Positions 1 through 15,000 of a stretch of DNA of 64,000 nucleotides are shown piece after piece. The notes under the pieces were generated by a model. That model did not search any database. It was given only the letters and a program-made list of their open reading frames with translations, and was not told the DNA's origin. A program made the position numbers and the translations under genes. Within the stretch, counting starts at the first letter, position 1. The number at the start of each line of letters is the position of its first letter. Origin of the DNA: Octopus vulgaris (taxonomy: Eukaryota); contig OX597814.1 in the NCBI GenBank assembly GCA_951406725.2, positions 8,184,001 to 8,248,000 on the forward strand, in the 5' to 3' direction.

Positions 1-3000
1 TTGGCCATAGCTGACACCGAAGAGAAGGTGTTGTTTCTTGGTCCAAGCTGACACCGAAGAGAAGGTGTTGCTCCTTGGTCCTTGCCGACACATTAGAGAC
101 GGTGTTGTTCCTTGGTCACAACTGACACCAAAGAGACAGTGTTGCTCCTTGGTCATGGCTGACACCTAAGAGACGGTGTTGCTCCTTGGTCATAGCTGAC
201 ACCTAAGAGACGGTGTTGCGACTTGGTCCTAGCTGACACCTAAGAGACTGTGTTGCTCCTTGGTCATAGCTGACACATAAGAGGCTTTGTTCCTACTTGG
301 TCCCAGCTGACACCTAAGAGACGGTGTTGCTCCTTGGTCCTACCTGACACCTAAGAGACGGTGTTGTTCCTTGGTCATAGCTGACACATAAGAGATGGAG
401 TTGTTCCTTGGTCATAGCAAACACATAAAAGACGGTGTTGCTCCTTGGTCATAGCTGACACATAAGAGACAGTGTTGCTCGTTGGTCCTAGCTGACACCT
501 AAGAGACGGTGTTGCTCCATGGTCCTAGCCGACACATAAGAGTCGGTGTTGCTCCTTGGTCCTAGCTCACACCTGGTGTTCCTTAGTCCTAGCTGACACA
601 TAATAGACAATGTTGCTCCTTGGTCCTAGCTTACATGTAAGAGACGGTGTTGCTCCTTGATCGTAGCTGACACATAGGAGACAGTGTATTTCCTTGGTCA
701 TAGCTGACACCTAAGAAACGGTGTTGTACCTTGGTCATAGCTGACACCTAAGAGACGGTGTTGCTCGTTGGTCCTAGCTGTCACCTAAGAGACGGTGTTG
801 CTTTTTGGTCATATCTGACACCTAAGAAACGGTGTTGTTCCTTGGTCATAGGTGACACCTAAGCGAAGGTGTTGTTCCTTGATCCTAGTTGACACCTAAG
901 AGACGGTGTTGCTCCTTGATCATAGCTAACACCTAAGAGACGGTGGTGTTCCTTGGTCATAGCTGACACATAAGAGACAATGTTGCTCCTTGGTCCTAGC
1001 TGACACAAAAGAGATGGGGTTGCTCCTTGGTCCAAGCTGACACTTAAGAGACGGTGTTGCTCATAGGTCATAGCTGGAATCTAAGAAAAGGTGTTGTTCC
1101 TTGGTCATAGCTGACACATGAAAGACGGTGTTGTTCGTTGGTCATAGCTGACACCCTAAGAGACGGTGTTGCTCCTTGGTCATAGCTGACACCTAAGACA
1201 CGTTGTTGCTCCTTGGTCATAACTGACACCTAAGAGACTATGTTGCTCCTTGGTCATAGATGACACATTAGGAGACGGTGTTGCGCTTTGGTCCGTGCTG
1301 ACACCTAAGAAACGGTGTTGTTCCTTGGTCATAGCTGACACCAAAGGGACAGAGTTGCTCCTTGGTCCTAGTTGACACACAAGAGACGGTGTTGTTCCTT
1401 GGTGATAGCTGACACCTAAGAGACGGTGCTGCACATTGGCCATAGCTGACACCTAAGAAACGGTGTTGTTCCTTGGTCATAGCTGACTCATGTAAGACAG
1501 TCATGCTCCTTGGTCATAGCTGACACATAAGTGAGAGTGTTGCTCCTTGGTCATAGCTGACACCTAATAGACGGTGTTGCTCCTTGGTCTGGCTGACACA
1601 TAAGAGCCGGTGTTGCTCCTTGGTCTGGCTGACATCTAAAAGCCGGTGTTGCTCCCTTGGTCCTAGCTGACACCTAAGAAACTGTGTTGGTCCTTGGTCA
1701 TAGCTGACACATTGAGAGACTGTGTTGCGCTTTGTTCCTTGCTGACACCTAAGAAACGGGGTTGTTCTTGGTCATAGTTGACACCTAAGGGACGGTGTTG
1801 CTCTTTAGTCCTAGCTGAAACATATGAGAAGGTATTGCTCCTTGGTCCTAGCTGACACCTAACTGACGGTGTTGCTCAATTTTCATAGCTGGCACATAAG
1901 AAACGGTGTTGTTCCTTGGTCATAGCTGACACATAGGAGACGGTGTTGCTCCTTGGTCATAGCTGACACATAGGAGACGGTGTTGCTCCTTGGTCATAGC
2001 TAACACCTAAGAGACGGATTTGCTCCTTCGTCCTAGCTGACACCTAAGTGACGGTGTTGCTCCTTTGTCATAGCTGACACCTAACAGATGGTGTTGCTCT
2101 TTGGTCATAGCTGACTGCTAAGAAACGGTGTAGTTCCTTGGTCATAGGTGACATCTAAGAAAACTTGTTGCTTTTTGGTCCTAGCTGACACCTAAGAACC
2201 GGTGTTGTTCCTTGGACTTTCTGACACCTAGGAGTCAGTGTTGTTCCTTTGTCATCGCCGACACCCAAGAGACGGTGTTGCTGCTTGGTCATTGCTGACA
2301 CCATAGAGACGGTGTTGTTCCTTGGTCATAGCTGACACCTAAGAAACGCTGTTTCTCCTTGGTCCTAGCTGACACCTAAGAGACGGTGTTGCTTCTTTGT
2401 CGTATCTGAGACATAAGAGACGGTGTTGCTCCTTTGTCCTAGCTGACACATAAGAGACGGCGTTGCTCCTTGGTCAGAGCTGACACCTAAGAGACGGTGT
2501 TGCACCTTTGTCATAGCTGACACTTAAGAGACTGTGTTGTTCCTTTGTCATAGCTGACACCTAAGAGACGGTGTTGTTCATTGGTCCTTCCTGACACCAA
2601 AGAGGCGGTGTTGCTTCTTGGTCCTAGCTAACACCTAAGAGACGGTTTTGCTACTTGGTCATTGCTGACACCTAAGAGGCGGTGTTGTTCCTTGGTCATA
2701 GCTAACATCTAGAAACGGTGTTGCTCCTTGGTCCTATCTGACACCTAAGAAACATTGTTGCTCCTTTGTCCTAACTTAGACCTAAGAGACGGTGTTGCTC
2801 CTTGGTCATAGCTGACACATAAAAGACGGTGTTGCTACTTGGTCATAGCTAACAACTAAGAGAGGGTGTTGCTCCTTGGTCATAGCTGACACATTAAGAG
2901 ACGGTGTTGCGGTTTGGTCCTTGCTGACACCTAAGAAACGGTGTTGTTCCTTGGTCATAGCTAAAACCTAAGGGACGGTGTTGCTCCTTGGTTCTAGCTG

Positions 3001-6000
3001 ACACACAAGAGACGGTGATGCTCCTTGGTCCTAGCTGACACATAAGAGACGGTGCTGCTCATTGGCCATAGCTGACCCCGAAGAAACGGTGTAGTTCCTT
3101 GGTCATAGCTGACTCATGTAAGACAGTCATGCTCCTTGGTCATAGCTGACACATAAGAGAGAGTGTTGCTCCTTGGTCATAGCTGACACCTAATAGACGG
3201 TGTTGCTCCTTGGTCATAGCTGACACATAAGTGACGGTGTTGCACCTTGGTCATAGCTGACACATTAAGAGACATTGTTGCGCTTTGTTCCTAGCTGACA
3301 CCTACCTAACGGTTTTGTTCCTTGGTCATAGCTGACACCTAAGAGACGGTGTTGCTCCTTATCCTAGCTGACACCTAAGAAACGGTGTTGTTCCTTGGGC
3401 TTTCTGACACCTAAGAGACTGTGTTGTTCCTTTGTTATCGCCGACAAGACGGTGTTGCTCCTTGGTCATAGCTGACACCTAAGAGACGGCGTTGCTCCTT
3501 GGTCTTTGCTCACACCTAAGAAACGGTGTTGCTCCTTTGTCATAGCTGACACAAAAGAGACGGTGTGGCTCCTTGGTTTTAGCTGACACCTAAGGGACTG
3601 TGTTGCTACTTGGTCCTAGATGACACTTAAGGGACTGTGTTGCTTCTTGGTACTAGCTGACACCGAAGAGACGGTGTTGTTCCTTGGTCATAGCTGACAC
3701 CTACGAGACGGTGTTGCTTCTTGTTCATAGCTGACACATAAGAGACGGTGTTGCTCCTTGGTCATAGCTGACTCCTAAGAAACGGTGTCGCTCCTTGGTC
3801 CTAGCTGACTCCTAATAGACGGTGTTGCTCCTTGGTCATAGCTGACACCTAAGAAACGGTGTTGCTCCTTGGTCCTTGCTGACATGTAAAAGACGGAGTT
3901 GCTCCTTAGTTATTGCTGACACCTAAGAGACGGTGTTGCTCCTTGGTCATAGCTGACACATAAGAGACGGTGTTGCTCCTTCGTCATATCTGACACCTAA
4001 GAAATGGTGTTGCTCCTTTGTCATTGCTGACACCTTAGAGACAGTGTTGCTCCTTGCTCATAGCTGACACCTAAGAAACGGTGTTGTTCCTTGGTCATAG
4101 CGGACACCTAAGAAACGCTGTTTCTCCTTGGTCCTAGCTGACACCTAAGAGACGGTGTTGCTTCTTTGTCGTATCTGAGACATAAGAGACGGTGTAGCTC
4201 CTTGGTCCTAGCTGAAACATAAGAGAGGGCGTTGCTCCTTGGTCAGAGCTGACACCTAAGAGACGGTGTTGCAACTTTGTCATAGCTGACACTTAAGAGA
4301 CTGTGTTGTTCCTTTGTCATAGCTGACACCTAAGAGTCGGTGTTGTTCCTTGGTCCTTCCTGACACCAAAGAGGCGGTGTTGCTTCTTGGTCCTAGCTGA
4401 CACCTAAGAGACGGTTTTGCTCCTTGGTCATAGCTGACACCTGAGAGGCGGTGTTGTTCCTTGGTCATAGCTAACACCTAGAGACGGTGTTGCTCCTTGG
4501 TCATAGCTGACACCTAAGAGACAGAGTTGCTCCTTGCTCATAGCTGACACATATGAGACAGTGTTGCTTCTTGGTCATAGCTGACACCTAAGAAACGTTG
4601 TTGCTACTTGGTCCTAGCTGACATGTAAGAGACGGTGTTGCTCCTTGATCGTAGCTGACACATAGGAGACAGTGTATTTCCTTGGTCATAGCTGACACCT
4701 TAGAAACTGTGTTGTACCCTGGTCATAGCTGACACCTAAGAGACGGTGTTTCTCGTTGGTCCTAGCTGACACCTAAGAGACGGTGTTGCTCTTTGGTCAT
4801 ATCTGACACCTAAGAAACGGTGTTGTTACTTGGTCATAGCTGACACCTAAGCAAAGGTGTTGTTCCTTGATCCTAGTTGACACCTAAGAGACGGTGTTGC
4901 TCCTTGATCATAGATAACACCTAAGAGACGGTGGTGTTCCTTGTTCCCAGCTCACACATAAGAGACAATGTTGCTCCTTGGTCCTAGCTGACACACAAGA
5001 GATTGGGTTGCTCCTTGGTCCTAGCTGACTCTTAAAAGACGGTGTTGCTCATAGGTCATAGCTGGAATCGAAGAAACGGTGTTGTACATTGGTCATAGCT
5101 GACACATGAAAGACGGTGTTATTCGTTGGTCATAGCTGACACCTAAGAGACGGTGTTGCTCCTTGGTCATAGCTGACACCTTAGAGACGGTGTGACTCCT
5201 TGGTCATAGCTGACACCTAAGACACGGTGTTGCTCCTTGGTCATAGCTGACACCTAAGAGACTGTGTTGCTCCTTGGTCAAAGCTGACACATTAGGAGAC
5301 GGTGTTGCGCTTTGGTCCTTGCTGACACCTAAGAAACGGTGTTGTTCCTTGGTCATAGCTGACACCTGAGGGACAGTGTTGCTCCTTGGTCCTAGCTGAC
5401 ACACAAGAGTCGGTGTTGATCCTTGGTAATAGCTGACACCTAAGAGACGGTGCTGCTCATTGGCCATAGCTGACCCCGAAGAAACGGTGTAGTTCCTTGG
5501 TCATAGCTGACTCATGTAAGACAGTCATGCTCCTTGGTCATAGCTGACACATAAGAGAGAGTGTTGCTACTTGGTCATAGCTGACACCTAATAGACGGTG
5601 TTGTTCCTTGTTCATAGCTGACACCTAAGAGACGGTGTTGTTCCTTGATCCTAGTTGGCACCTAAGAGACAGCATTGCTCCTTGGTCATAGCTATCACCT
5701 AAGAGACGGTGTTGCTCCTTGGTCATAGCTGACACATAAGAGACGGTGTTGCTTCTTGGTCTGGCTGACACCTAAAAGACGGTGTTGCTCCTTGGTCCTA
5801 GCTGACATATTGAGAGACGGTGTTGCGCTTTGTTCCTTGCTGACACCTAAGAAACGGGGTTGTTCTTGGTCATAGCTGACAACTAAGGGACGGTGTTGCT
5901 CTTTGGTCCTAGCTGAAACACAAGAGACGGTGTTGCTCATTGTTCATAGCTGGCACATAAGAAACGGTGTTGTTCCTTGGTCATAGCTGACACATAAGAG

Positions 6001-9000
6001 ACGGTGTTGCTCCTTGGTCATAGCTTACACATAAAAGACAATGTTGCTCCCTGGTCATAGCTGAGACATAGGAGACGGTGTTGCTCCTTGGTCATAGCTA
6101 ACACCTAAGAGACGGATTTGCTCCTTCGTCCTAGCTAACACCTAAGAGACGGTGTTGCTCCTTTGTCATAGCTGACACCTAACAGATGGTGTTGCTCTTT
6201 GGTCATAGCTGACTGCTAAGAAACGGTGTAGTTCCTTGGTCATAGGTGACATCTAAGAAAACTTGTTGCTTCTTGGTCCTAGCTGACACCAAAGAACCGG
6301 TGTTGTTCCTTGGACTTTCTGACACCTAGGAGTCAGTGTTGTTCCTTTGTCATCGCCGACACCCAAGAGACGGTGTGGCTGCTTGGTCAATGCTGACACA
6401 AAAGAGACGGTGTTGCTCTTTTGTCATAGCTGACACCTAAGAAACGGTGTTGCTCCATGATCAAAGCTGATTCCTAAGAGACGGTGTTGCTTCTTAGTCC
6501 TAGCTGACACATAAGAGACGGTGTTGCTCCTTGGTCCTAGCTGACACATAAGAGACGGTGTTGCTCCTTGGTCATAGCTGACACCTTAGAGACGGTGTTT
6601 CTCCTTTGTCATAGCTGACACATTAAGAGACGGTGTTGCAATTTGGTCCTAGCTGTCACCTAACAAACGGTGTTGTTCCTTGGTCATAGCTAACACCTAA
6701 GAGACGGTGTTGCTCCTTGGTCCTGGCTGACACCTAAGAGACGGTGTTGCTCCTTGGTCTTACCTGACACCTAAGAGACGGTGTTGCTTCTTGGTCCTCG
6801 CTGACACCTAAGAGACTGTGTTGCTCCTTCGTCATAGCTGACACCTAAAAACGGTGTTGCTCCTTTGTCATAGCTGACACCTAAGAGACGGTGTTGCTCC
6901 TTGGTCTTACCTGACACCTGAGAGACGGTGTTGTTTCTTGGTCCTAGCTGACACATAGGAGACTGTGTTGCTCCTTTGTCATAGCTGACACCTAAGAGAC
7001 GGTGTCTCTCCTTGGTCATAGCTGACACCTAATAGACGGTGTTGTTCCTTGGTCATAGCTGACACCTAAGAGACGGTGTTGCTCCTTGGTCATAGCTGAC
7101 ACATAAGAGACGGTGTTGCTCCTTGGTCATAGCTGACACCTATGAGACGTTGTTGCTCCTTGGTCCTAGCTGACTCCTAAGAGACGGTGTTGCTCTTTGG
7201 TCATAGCTGACACCTAAGACACGGTGTTGCTCCTTGGTCCTAGCTGACATGTAAGAAACGGTGTTGCTCCTTGGTCATAGCTGACACCTACGAGACGTTG
7301 CTCCTTGGTCATTGCTGACACCTTAGAGACAGTGTTGCTCGTTGGTCATAGCTGACACCTAAGAAACGATGTTGTTCCTTGGTCATAGCGGAAACCTAAG
7401 AGACAATGTTGCTCCTTGGTCCTAGCTGACACATAAGAGACAGTGTTGCTCCTTGGTCATAGCTGACACCTATGAGACGGTGTTCCTCCTTGGTCATAGC
7501 TGACACCTAAGGTACGGTGTTATTCCTTGGTCATAGCTGACACCTAAGAGACCGTGTTGAACCTTGGTCATAGCTGACACATAAGAGACGGTGTTGCTCC
7601 ATGGTCATAGCTCACACATAAGAGACGGTGTTGCTCCTTGGTCCTTGCTGACACATAAGAGACTGGGTTGCTCCTTGGTCATAGCTGACACCTAAGAAAC
7701 GTTGTTGCTCCTTGATCCTAGCTGACATGCAAGAGACGGTGTTGCTCCTTGATCGTAGCTGACACATAGGAGACAAGGTTGCTCCTTGGTCATAGCTGAC
7801 ACCTAACACACAGTGTTGCTTCTTGGTCATAGCTGACACCTAAGAAACGTTGTTGCTACTTGGTCCTAGCTGACATGTAAGAGACGGTGTTGCTCCTTGA
7901 TCGTAGCTGACACATAGGAGACAGTGTATTTCCTTGGTCATCGCTGACACCTAAGAAACTGTGTTGTACCTTGGTCATAGCTGACACCTAAGAGACGGTG
8001 TTTCTCGTTGGTCCTAGCTGACACCTAAGAGACGGTGTTGCTCTTTGGTCATATCTGACACCTAAGAAACGGTGTTGTTACTTGGTCATAGCTGACACCT
8101 AAGCGAAGGTGTTGTTCCTTGATCCTAGTTGACACCTAAGAGACGGTGTTGCTCCTTGATCATAGATAACACCTAAGAGACGGTGGTGTTCCTTGTTCCC
8201 AGCTCACACATAAGAGACAATGTTGCTCCTTGGTCCTAGCTGACACACAAGAGATGGGGTTGCTCCTTGGTCCTAGCTGACTCTTAAGAGACGGTGTTGC
8301 TCATAGGTCATAGCTGGAATCGAAGAAACGGTGTTGTACCTTGGTCATAGCTGACACATGAAAGACGGTGTTATTCGTTGGTCATAGCTGACACCTAAGA
8401 GACGGTGTTGCTCCTTGGTCATAGCTGACATCTTAGAGACGGTGTGACTCCTTGGTCATAGCTGACACCTAAGACACGGTGTTGCTCCTTGGTCATAGGC
8501 TGACACCTAAGAGACTGTGTTGCTCCTTGGTTAAAGCTGACACATTAGGAGACGGTGTTGCGCTTTGGTCCTTGCTGACACCTAAGAAACGGTGTTGTTC
8601 CTTGGTCATAGCTGACACCTGAGGGACAGTGTTGCTCCTTGGTCCTAGCTGACACACAAGAGTCGGTGTTGTTCCTTGGTCATAGCTGACCCCGAAGAAA
8701 CGGTGTAGTTCCTTGGTCATAGCTGACTCATGTAAGACAGTCATTCTCCTTGGTCATAGCTGACACATAAGAGAGAGTGTTGCTACTTGGTCATAGCTGA
8801 CACCTAATAGACGGTGTTGTTCCTTGTTCATAGCTGACACCTAAGAGACGGTGTTGTTCCTTGATCCTAGTTGGCACCTAAGAGACAGCATTGCTCCTTG
8901 GTCATAGCTATCACCTAAGAGACGGTGTTGCTCCTTGGTCATAGCTGACACATAAGAAACGGTGTTGCTTATTGGTCTGGCTGACACCTAAAAGACGGTG

Positions 9001-12000
9001 TTGCTCCTTGGTCCTAGCTGACATATTGAGAGACGGTGTTGCGCTTTGTTCCTTGCTGACACCTAAGAAACGGGGTTGTTCTTGGTCATAGCTGACACCT
9101 AAGGGACGGTGTTGCTCTTTGGTCCTAGCTGAAACACAAGAGACGGTGTTGCTCCTTGGTCCTAGCTGACACCTAACTGACGGTGTTGCTCATTGTTCAT
9201 AGCTGGCACATAAGAAACGGTGTTGTTCCTTGGTCATAGCTGACACATAAGTGACGGTGTTGCTCCTTGGTCATAGCTTACACATAAAAGACAATGTTGC
9301 TCCCTGGTCATAGCTGACACATAGGAGACGGTGTTGCTCCTTGGTCATAGCTAACACCTAAGAGACGGATTTGCTCCTTCGTCCTAGCTGACACCTAAGA
9401 GACGGTGTTGCTCCTTTGTCATAGCTGACACCTAACAGATGGTGTTGCTCTTTGGTCATAGCTGACTGCTAAGAAACGGTGTAGTTCCTTGGTCATAGGT
9501 GACATCTAAGAAAACTTGTTGCTTCTTGGTCCTAGCTGACACCTAAGAACCGGTGTTGTTCCTTGGACTTTCTGACACCTAGTAGTAAGTGTTGTTCCTT
9601 TGTCATCGCCGACACCCAAGAGACGGTGTTGCTGCTTGGTCAATGCTGACACAAAAGAGACGGTGTTGCTCTTTTGTCATAGCTGACACCTAAGAAACGG
9701 TGTTGCTCCATGATCAAAGCTGATACCTAAGAGACGGTGTTGCTTCTTAGTCCTAGCTGACACATAAGAGACGGTGTTGCTCCTTGGTCCTAGCTGACAC
9801 ATAAGAGACGGTGTTGCTCCTTGGTCATAGCTGACACCTAAGAGACGGTGTTTCTCCTTTGTTATAGCTGACACATTAAGAGACGGTGTTGAGATTTGGT
9901 CCTAGCTGTCACCTAACAAACGGTGTTGCTCCTTGGTCATAGCTAACACCTAAGAGACGGTGTTGCTCCTTGGTCCTTGCTGACACCTAAGAGACGGTGT
10001 TGCTCCTTGGTCTTACCTGACACCTAAGAGACGGTGTTGCTTCTTGGTCCGCGCTGACACCTAAGAGACTGTGTTGCTCCTTCGTCATTGCTGGCACCTA
10101 AAAAACGGTGTTGCTCCTTTGTCATAGCTGACACCTAAGAGACGGTGTTGCTCCTTGGTCTTACCTGACACCTGAGAGACGGTGTTGTTTCTTGGTCCTA
10201 GCTGACACATAAGAGACTGTGTTGCTCCTTTGTCATTGCTGACACCTAAGAGACGGTGTCTCTCCTTGGTCATAGCTGACACCTAATAGACGGTGTTGTT
10301 CCTTGGTCATAGCTGACACCTAAGAGACGGTGTTGCTCCTTGGTCATAGCTGACACATAAGAGACGGTGTTGCTCCTTGGTCATAGCTGACACCTAAGAG
10401 ACGGTGTTGCTCCTTGGTCATAGCTGACACATAAGAAACGGTGTTGCTCCTTGGTCCTAGCTGACATGTAAGAAACGGTGTTGCTCCTTGGTCATAGCTG
10501 ACACCTACGAGACGTTGCTCCTTGGTCATTGCTGACACCTTAGAGAAAGTGTTGCTCGTTGGTCATAGCTGACACCTAAGAAACGATGTTGTTCCTTGGT
10601 CATAGCAAAAACCTAAGAGACAATGTTGCTCCTTGGTCCTAGCTGACACATAAGAGACAGTGTTGCTCCTTGGTCATAGCTGACACCTATGAGACGGTGT
10701 TCCTCCTTGGTCATAGCTGACACCTAAGGTACGGTGTTATTCCTTGGTCATAGCTGACACCTAAGAGACCGTGTTGAACCTTGGTCATAGCTGACACCTA
10801 AGAGACGGTGTTGCTCCATGGTCATAGCTCACACATAAGAGACGGTGTTGCTCCTTGGTCCTTGCTGACACATAAGAGACGGTGTTGCTCCTTGGTCATA
10901 GCTGACACCTAAGAAACGTTGTTGCTCCTTGATCCTAGCTGACATGCAAGAGACAGTTTTGCTCCTTGATCGTAGCTGACACATAGGAGACAAGGTTGCT
11001 CCTTGGTCATAGCTGACACCTAACACACAGTGTTGTACCTTGGTCATAGCTGACACATAAGAGACGGTGTTGCTTCTTGGTCATAGCAACACCTAAGAAA
11101 CGGTGTTGTTCCTTGGTCATAGCTGACACCTAAGAAACGGTGTTGCTCCTTGGTCATAGTTGACACCTTAGAGACAATGTTGTTCCTTGGTCATAGGTGA
11201 CACCTAAGAAACGATGTTTTTCCTTGGTCATTGCTGACACCTAAGAGACGGTGGTGTTCCTTGGTCGTAGCTGACACATAAGAGACAATGTTGCTCTTTG
11301 GTCCTTGCTGACAACTAAGAGACGTTGTTGCGCTTTAGTCCTAGCTGACACCTAAGAAAAGGTGTTGCTCATTGGTCATAGCTGACACCTAAGAGACGAT
11401 ATTGCTCCTTGGTCATAGCTGACACATAAGAGACGGTGTTGCTCCTTGGTCATAGCTGACACCTATGGGCCGGTTTTGCTTTTTGGTCTGGCTGACACCT
11501 AAGAGACGGTGTTGCTCCTTGGTCCTAGCTGACACCTAAGAAGCGGTGTAGCTACTTGGTCCTAGCTGACACCTAGTAGACTGTGTTCCACCTTGGTCAT
11601 AGCTGACACATAAGAAACAGTGTTGCTCCTTGGTCATAGCTGACAACTAAGAGACAGTGTAGCTACTTGGTCATAGCTGACACATTAAGAGACGGTGTTG
11701 CGCTTTGGTCCTTCATGACACCTAAGAAACGGTGTTGTTCCTTGGTCATAGCTGACACCTAAGGGACGGCGTTGCCCCTTGGACCTAGCTGACACACATG
11801 AGACGGTGTTGCTCCTTGGTCCTAGCTGACACCTAAGAGACAGTGCTGCTCATCGGTCATAGCTGACACCTAAGAAACGGTGTTGTTCCTTGGTTATAGC
11901 TGACACATGAAAGACAGTGTTGCTCCTTGGTCATAGGTGAAACATAAGAGACAGTGTTGCTCCTTGGTCTTAGCTGACACCTAAGAGACGGTGTTGTTCC

Positions 12001-15000
12001 TTGGTCATAGCTGACACCTAAGAGACGGTGTTGTTCCTTGTTCATAGCTGACACATAAGAGACGGTGTTGCTCCTTGTTTATAGCTAACACATAAGAGAC
12101 GGTGTTGCTTTATTCTCCTAGCTGACACCTAAGAGACGGTGTTGCTCCTTGGTCATAGCTGACACCTAAGAGACGGTGTTGCTCCTTGGTCCTAGCTGAC
12201 ATGTAAGAGACGGTGTTACTCCTTGATCATAGCTGACATATAAGAGACGATGTTGCTCTTTGGTCATATCAAACAACTAAGAGACGGTGTTGCTCCTCGA
12301 TCATAGCTGACACGTAAGAGACAGTGTTGCTCCTTGGTCATAGCTGTCACCTCAGAAACGGTGTAGTTCCTTGGTCATAGCTGACACCTAAGAGACGGTG
12401 TTGCTCCTTGGTCCTAGCTGACACCTAAGAAACGGTGTTTTTTCTTGGGGTTTCTGTCACCTAATAGACTGTGTTGTTCCTTTGTCATCGCCGACACCTA
12501 AGAGACGGTGTTGCTTCTTCCTCCTAGCTGACACCTAAGAGACGGCGTTGCTCCATGGTCATTGCTGACACCTAAGAGACGGTGTTACTCCTTTGTCAAA
12601 GCTGACACTTAAGAGACTGTGTTGCTCCTTGGTCTTAGCTAACACCTATGAGACGGTTTTGTTTCTTATTCCTAGCTGACACATAAGAGACGGTGTTGCT
12701 CCTTGTCCTAGGTAACACATAAGAGACGGTGTTGTTCCTTGGTCATAGCTGACACCTAAGAGACATTGTTGCTCCTTGGTCATAGCTGACACATAAGACA
12801 GGGTGTTGCTCCTTGGTCATAGCTGAAACATAAGAGACGGTGTTGCTCCTTGGTCCTAGCTGTCTCCTAAGAGACGGTGTTGCCTCTTGCTCATAGCTGA
12901 CACCTAAGAAACGGTGTTGCTTTTTGGTCATAGCTGACGTTTAAGAGACGGTGTTGCTCCTTGATCATAGCTGACACATAGGAGACAGTGTTGCTCCTTG
13001 GTCATAGCTGACACCTAAGAAACGGTGTTGTTCCTTGGTCATAGCTGACACATAAGAAACGATGTTGTTCCTTGCTCATAGCTGACACCTAAGAGACGGT
13101 GTTGCTCATTGGTCATAGCTGAAACCTAAGAGACGGGATTGCTCCTTGGTCATAGCTGACACATAAGAGACGGTGTTGCTCCTTGGTCATAGCTGACACA
13201 TACGTGTCGGTGTTGCTCCTTTGTCCTAGCTGACTCTTTAGAGACGGTGTTGCTCCTTGGTCATAGCTGACACCTAAGTGACGATTTTGCTCCTTGGTCC
13301 TAGCTGACACATAAGAGACAGTGTTGCTCCTTGGTCATAGCTGACACCTAAGAAACGGTGTTGCTCCTTGATCCTAGCTGACACCAAAGAGACGGCGTTG
13401 CTCCTTGGTCATAGCTGACACCTAATAGACGGTGTAGCTCCTTTGTCATAGCTGACACATTAAGAGACGGTGTTGCGCTTTGGTCCTTCCTGACACCTAA
13501 GAAACGGTGTTGTTCCTTGGTCATAGCTGACACCTAAGGGACGGTGTAGCCCCTTGGTCATAGCTGACACACAAGAGACGGTGTTGCTCCTTGGTCCTAG
13601 CTGACACTTAAGAGACAGTGCTGCTCATTGGTCATAGCTGACATCTAAGAAACGGTGTCTTTCCTTGGTCATAGCTGACACCTAAGAGACGTTGTTGCTC
13701 CTTGGTCATAGCTGACACTTAAGAGACAGTGTTGCTCCTTTTTCTTAGCTGACACCTAAGAGACGGTGTTGTTCCTTGGTCATAGCTGACACCTAAGAGA
13801 CGGTGCTGTTCCTTGGTCATAGCTGACATATAAGAGACGGTGTTGCTCTTTGGTCATAGCTGACACATAAGAGACGGAGTTGCTCCTTGGTAATAGCTAA
13901 CACCTAAGAGAGGGTGTTGCTCTTTCCTCCTAGCTGGCACCTAACAGACGGTGTTGCTCCTTGGTCATAACTGACACCTAAGTGACGGTGTTGCTCCTTG
14001 GTCCAAGCTGACATGTAAGAGACGGTGTTGCTCCTTGATAATATCTAACACCTAAGAGACGGTGTTGCTCCTTGATCATATCTAACACCTAAGAGAGGTG
14101 TTGCTCCTTGGTCATATCTAACACCTAAGAGACGGTGTTGCTCCTTGATCATATCTAACACCTAAGAGACGGTGTTGCTCCTTGATCATATCTAACACAT
14201 AAGAGACGGTGTTGTTGCTCGTGTTGCTCCTTGATCATAGCTGACACATGAGAGACAGTGTTGCTCATTGGTCATTGCTGACACCTAAGAAACGGTGTAG
14301 TTCCTTCGTCATAGCTGACAGCTAAGAGAGGGTGTTTCTTCTTGGTCCTAGCTGACACATAAGAACGGTGTTGCTCCTTGGTCCTAGCTGACATGTAAGA
14401 GACGGTGTCGCTCCTTCATCATTGCTGACACATAGGAGACAGTGTTGCTCGTTGGTGTTAGCTGACACCTAAGAAACGATGTTGTTCCTTGGGCATAGCT
14501 GACACCTAAGAGACGATGTTGCTCCTTGGTCCTAGCTGACATATAAGAGACAGTGTTGCTCTTTGGTCATGTCTGACACCAAAGAGACGGTGTTGCTCCT
14601 TGGTCTTAGCTGAAACCTAAGTGACGGCGTTACTCCTGGGTCATAGCTGACACCTAAGAGACTGTGTTGCTCCTTTGTCATAGCTGACACCTAAGAGACG
14701 GTGTTGCTCCTTGGTCCTAGATGACACCTAAGAGACGGTGTTGCTTCTTGGTCCTTGCTGACACCTAAGACACGGTGTTGCTCCTTGGTCATAGCTGACA
14801 CCTAAGAGACGGTGTTGTTCCTTGGTCATAGCTTACACCTAAGAGACGGTGTTGCTCCATGTTCATAGCTGACACATAAGAGACGGTGTTGCTCCTTGGT
14901 CCTAGCTGACACCTAAGAGACGGTGTTGCTCCTTGGTCATAGCTGACACCTAAGAAACGTTGTTGCTCCTTGGTTCTAGCTGACATGTAAGAGACGGTGT

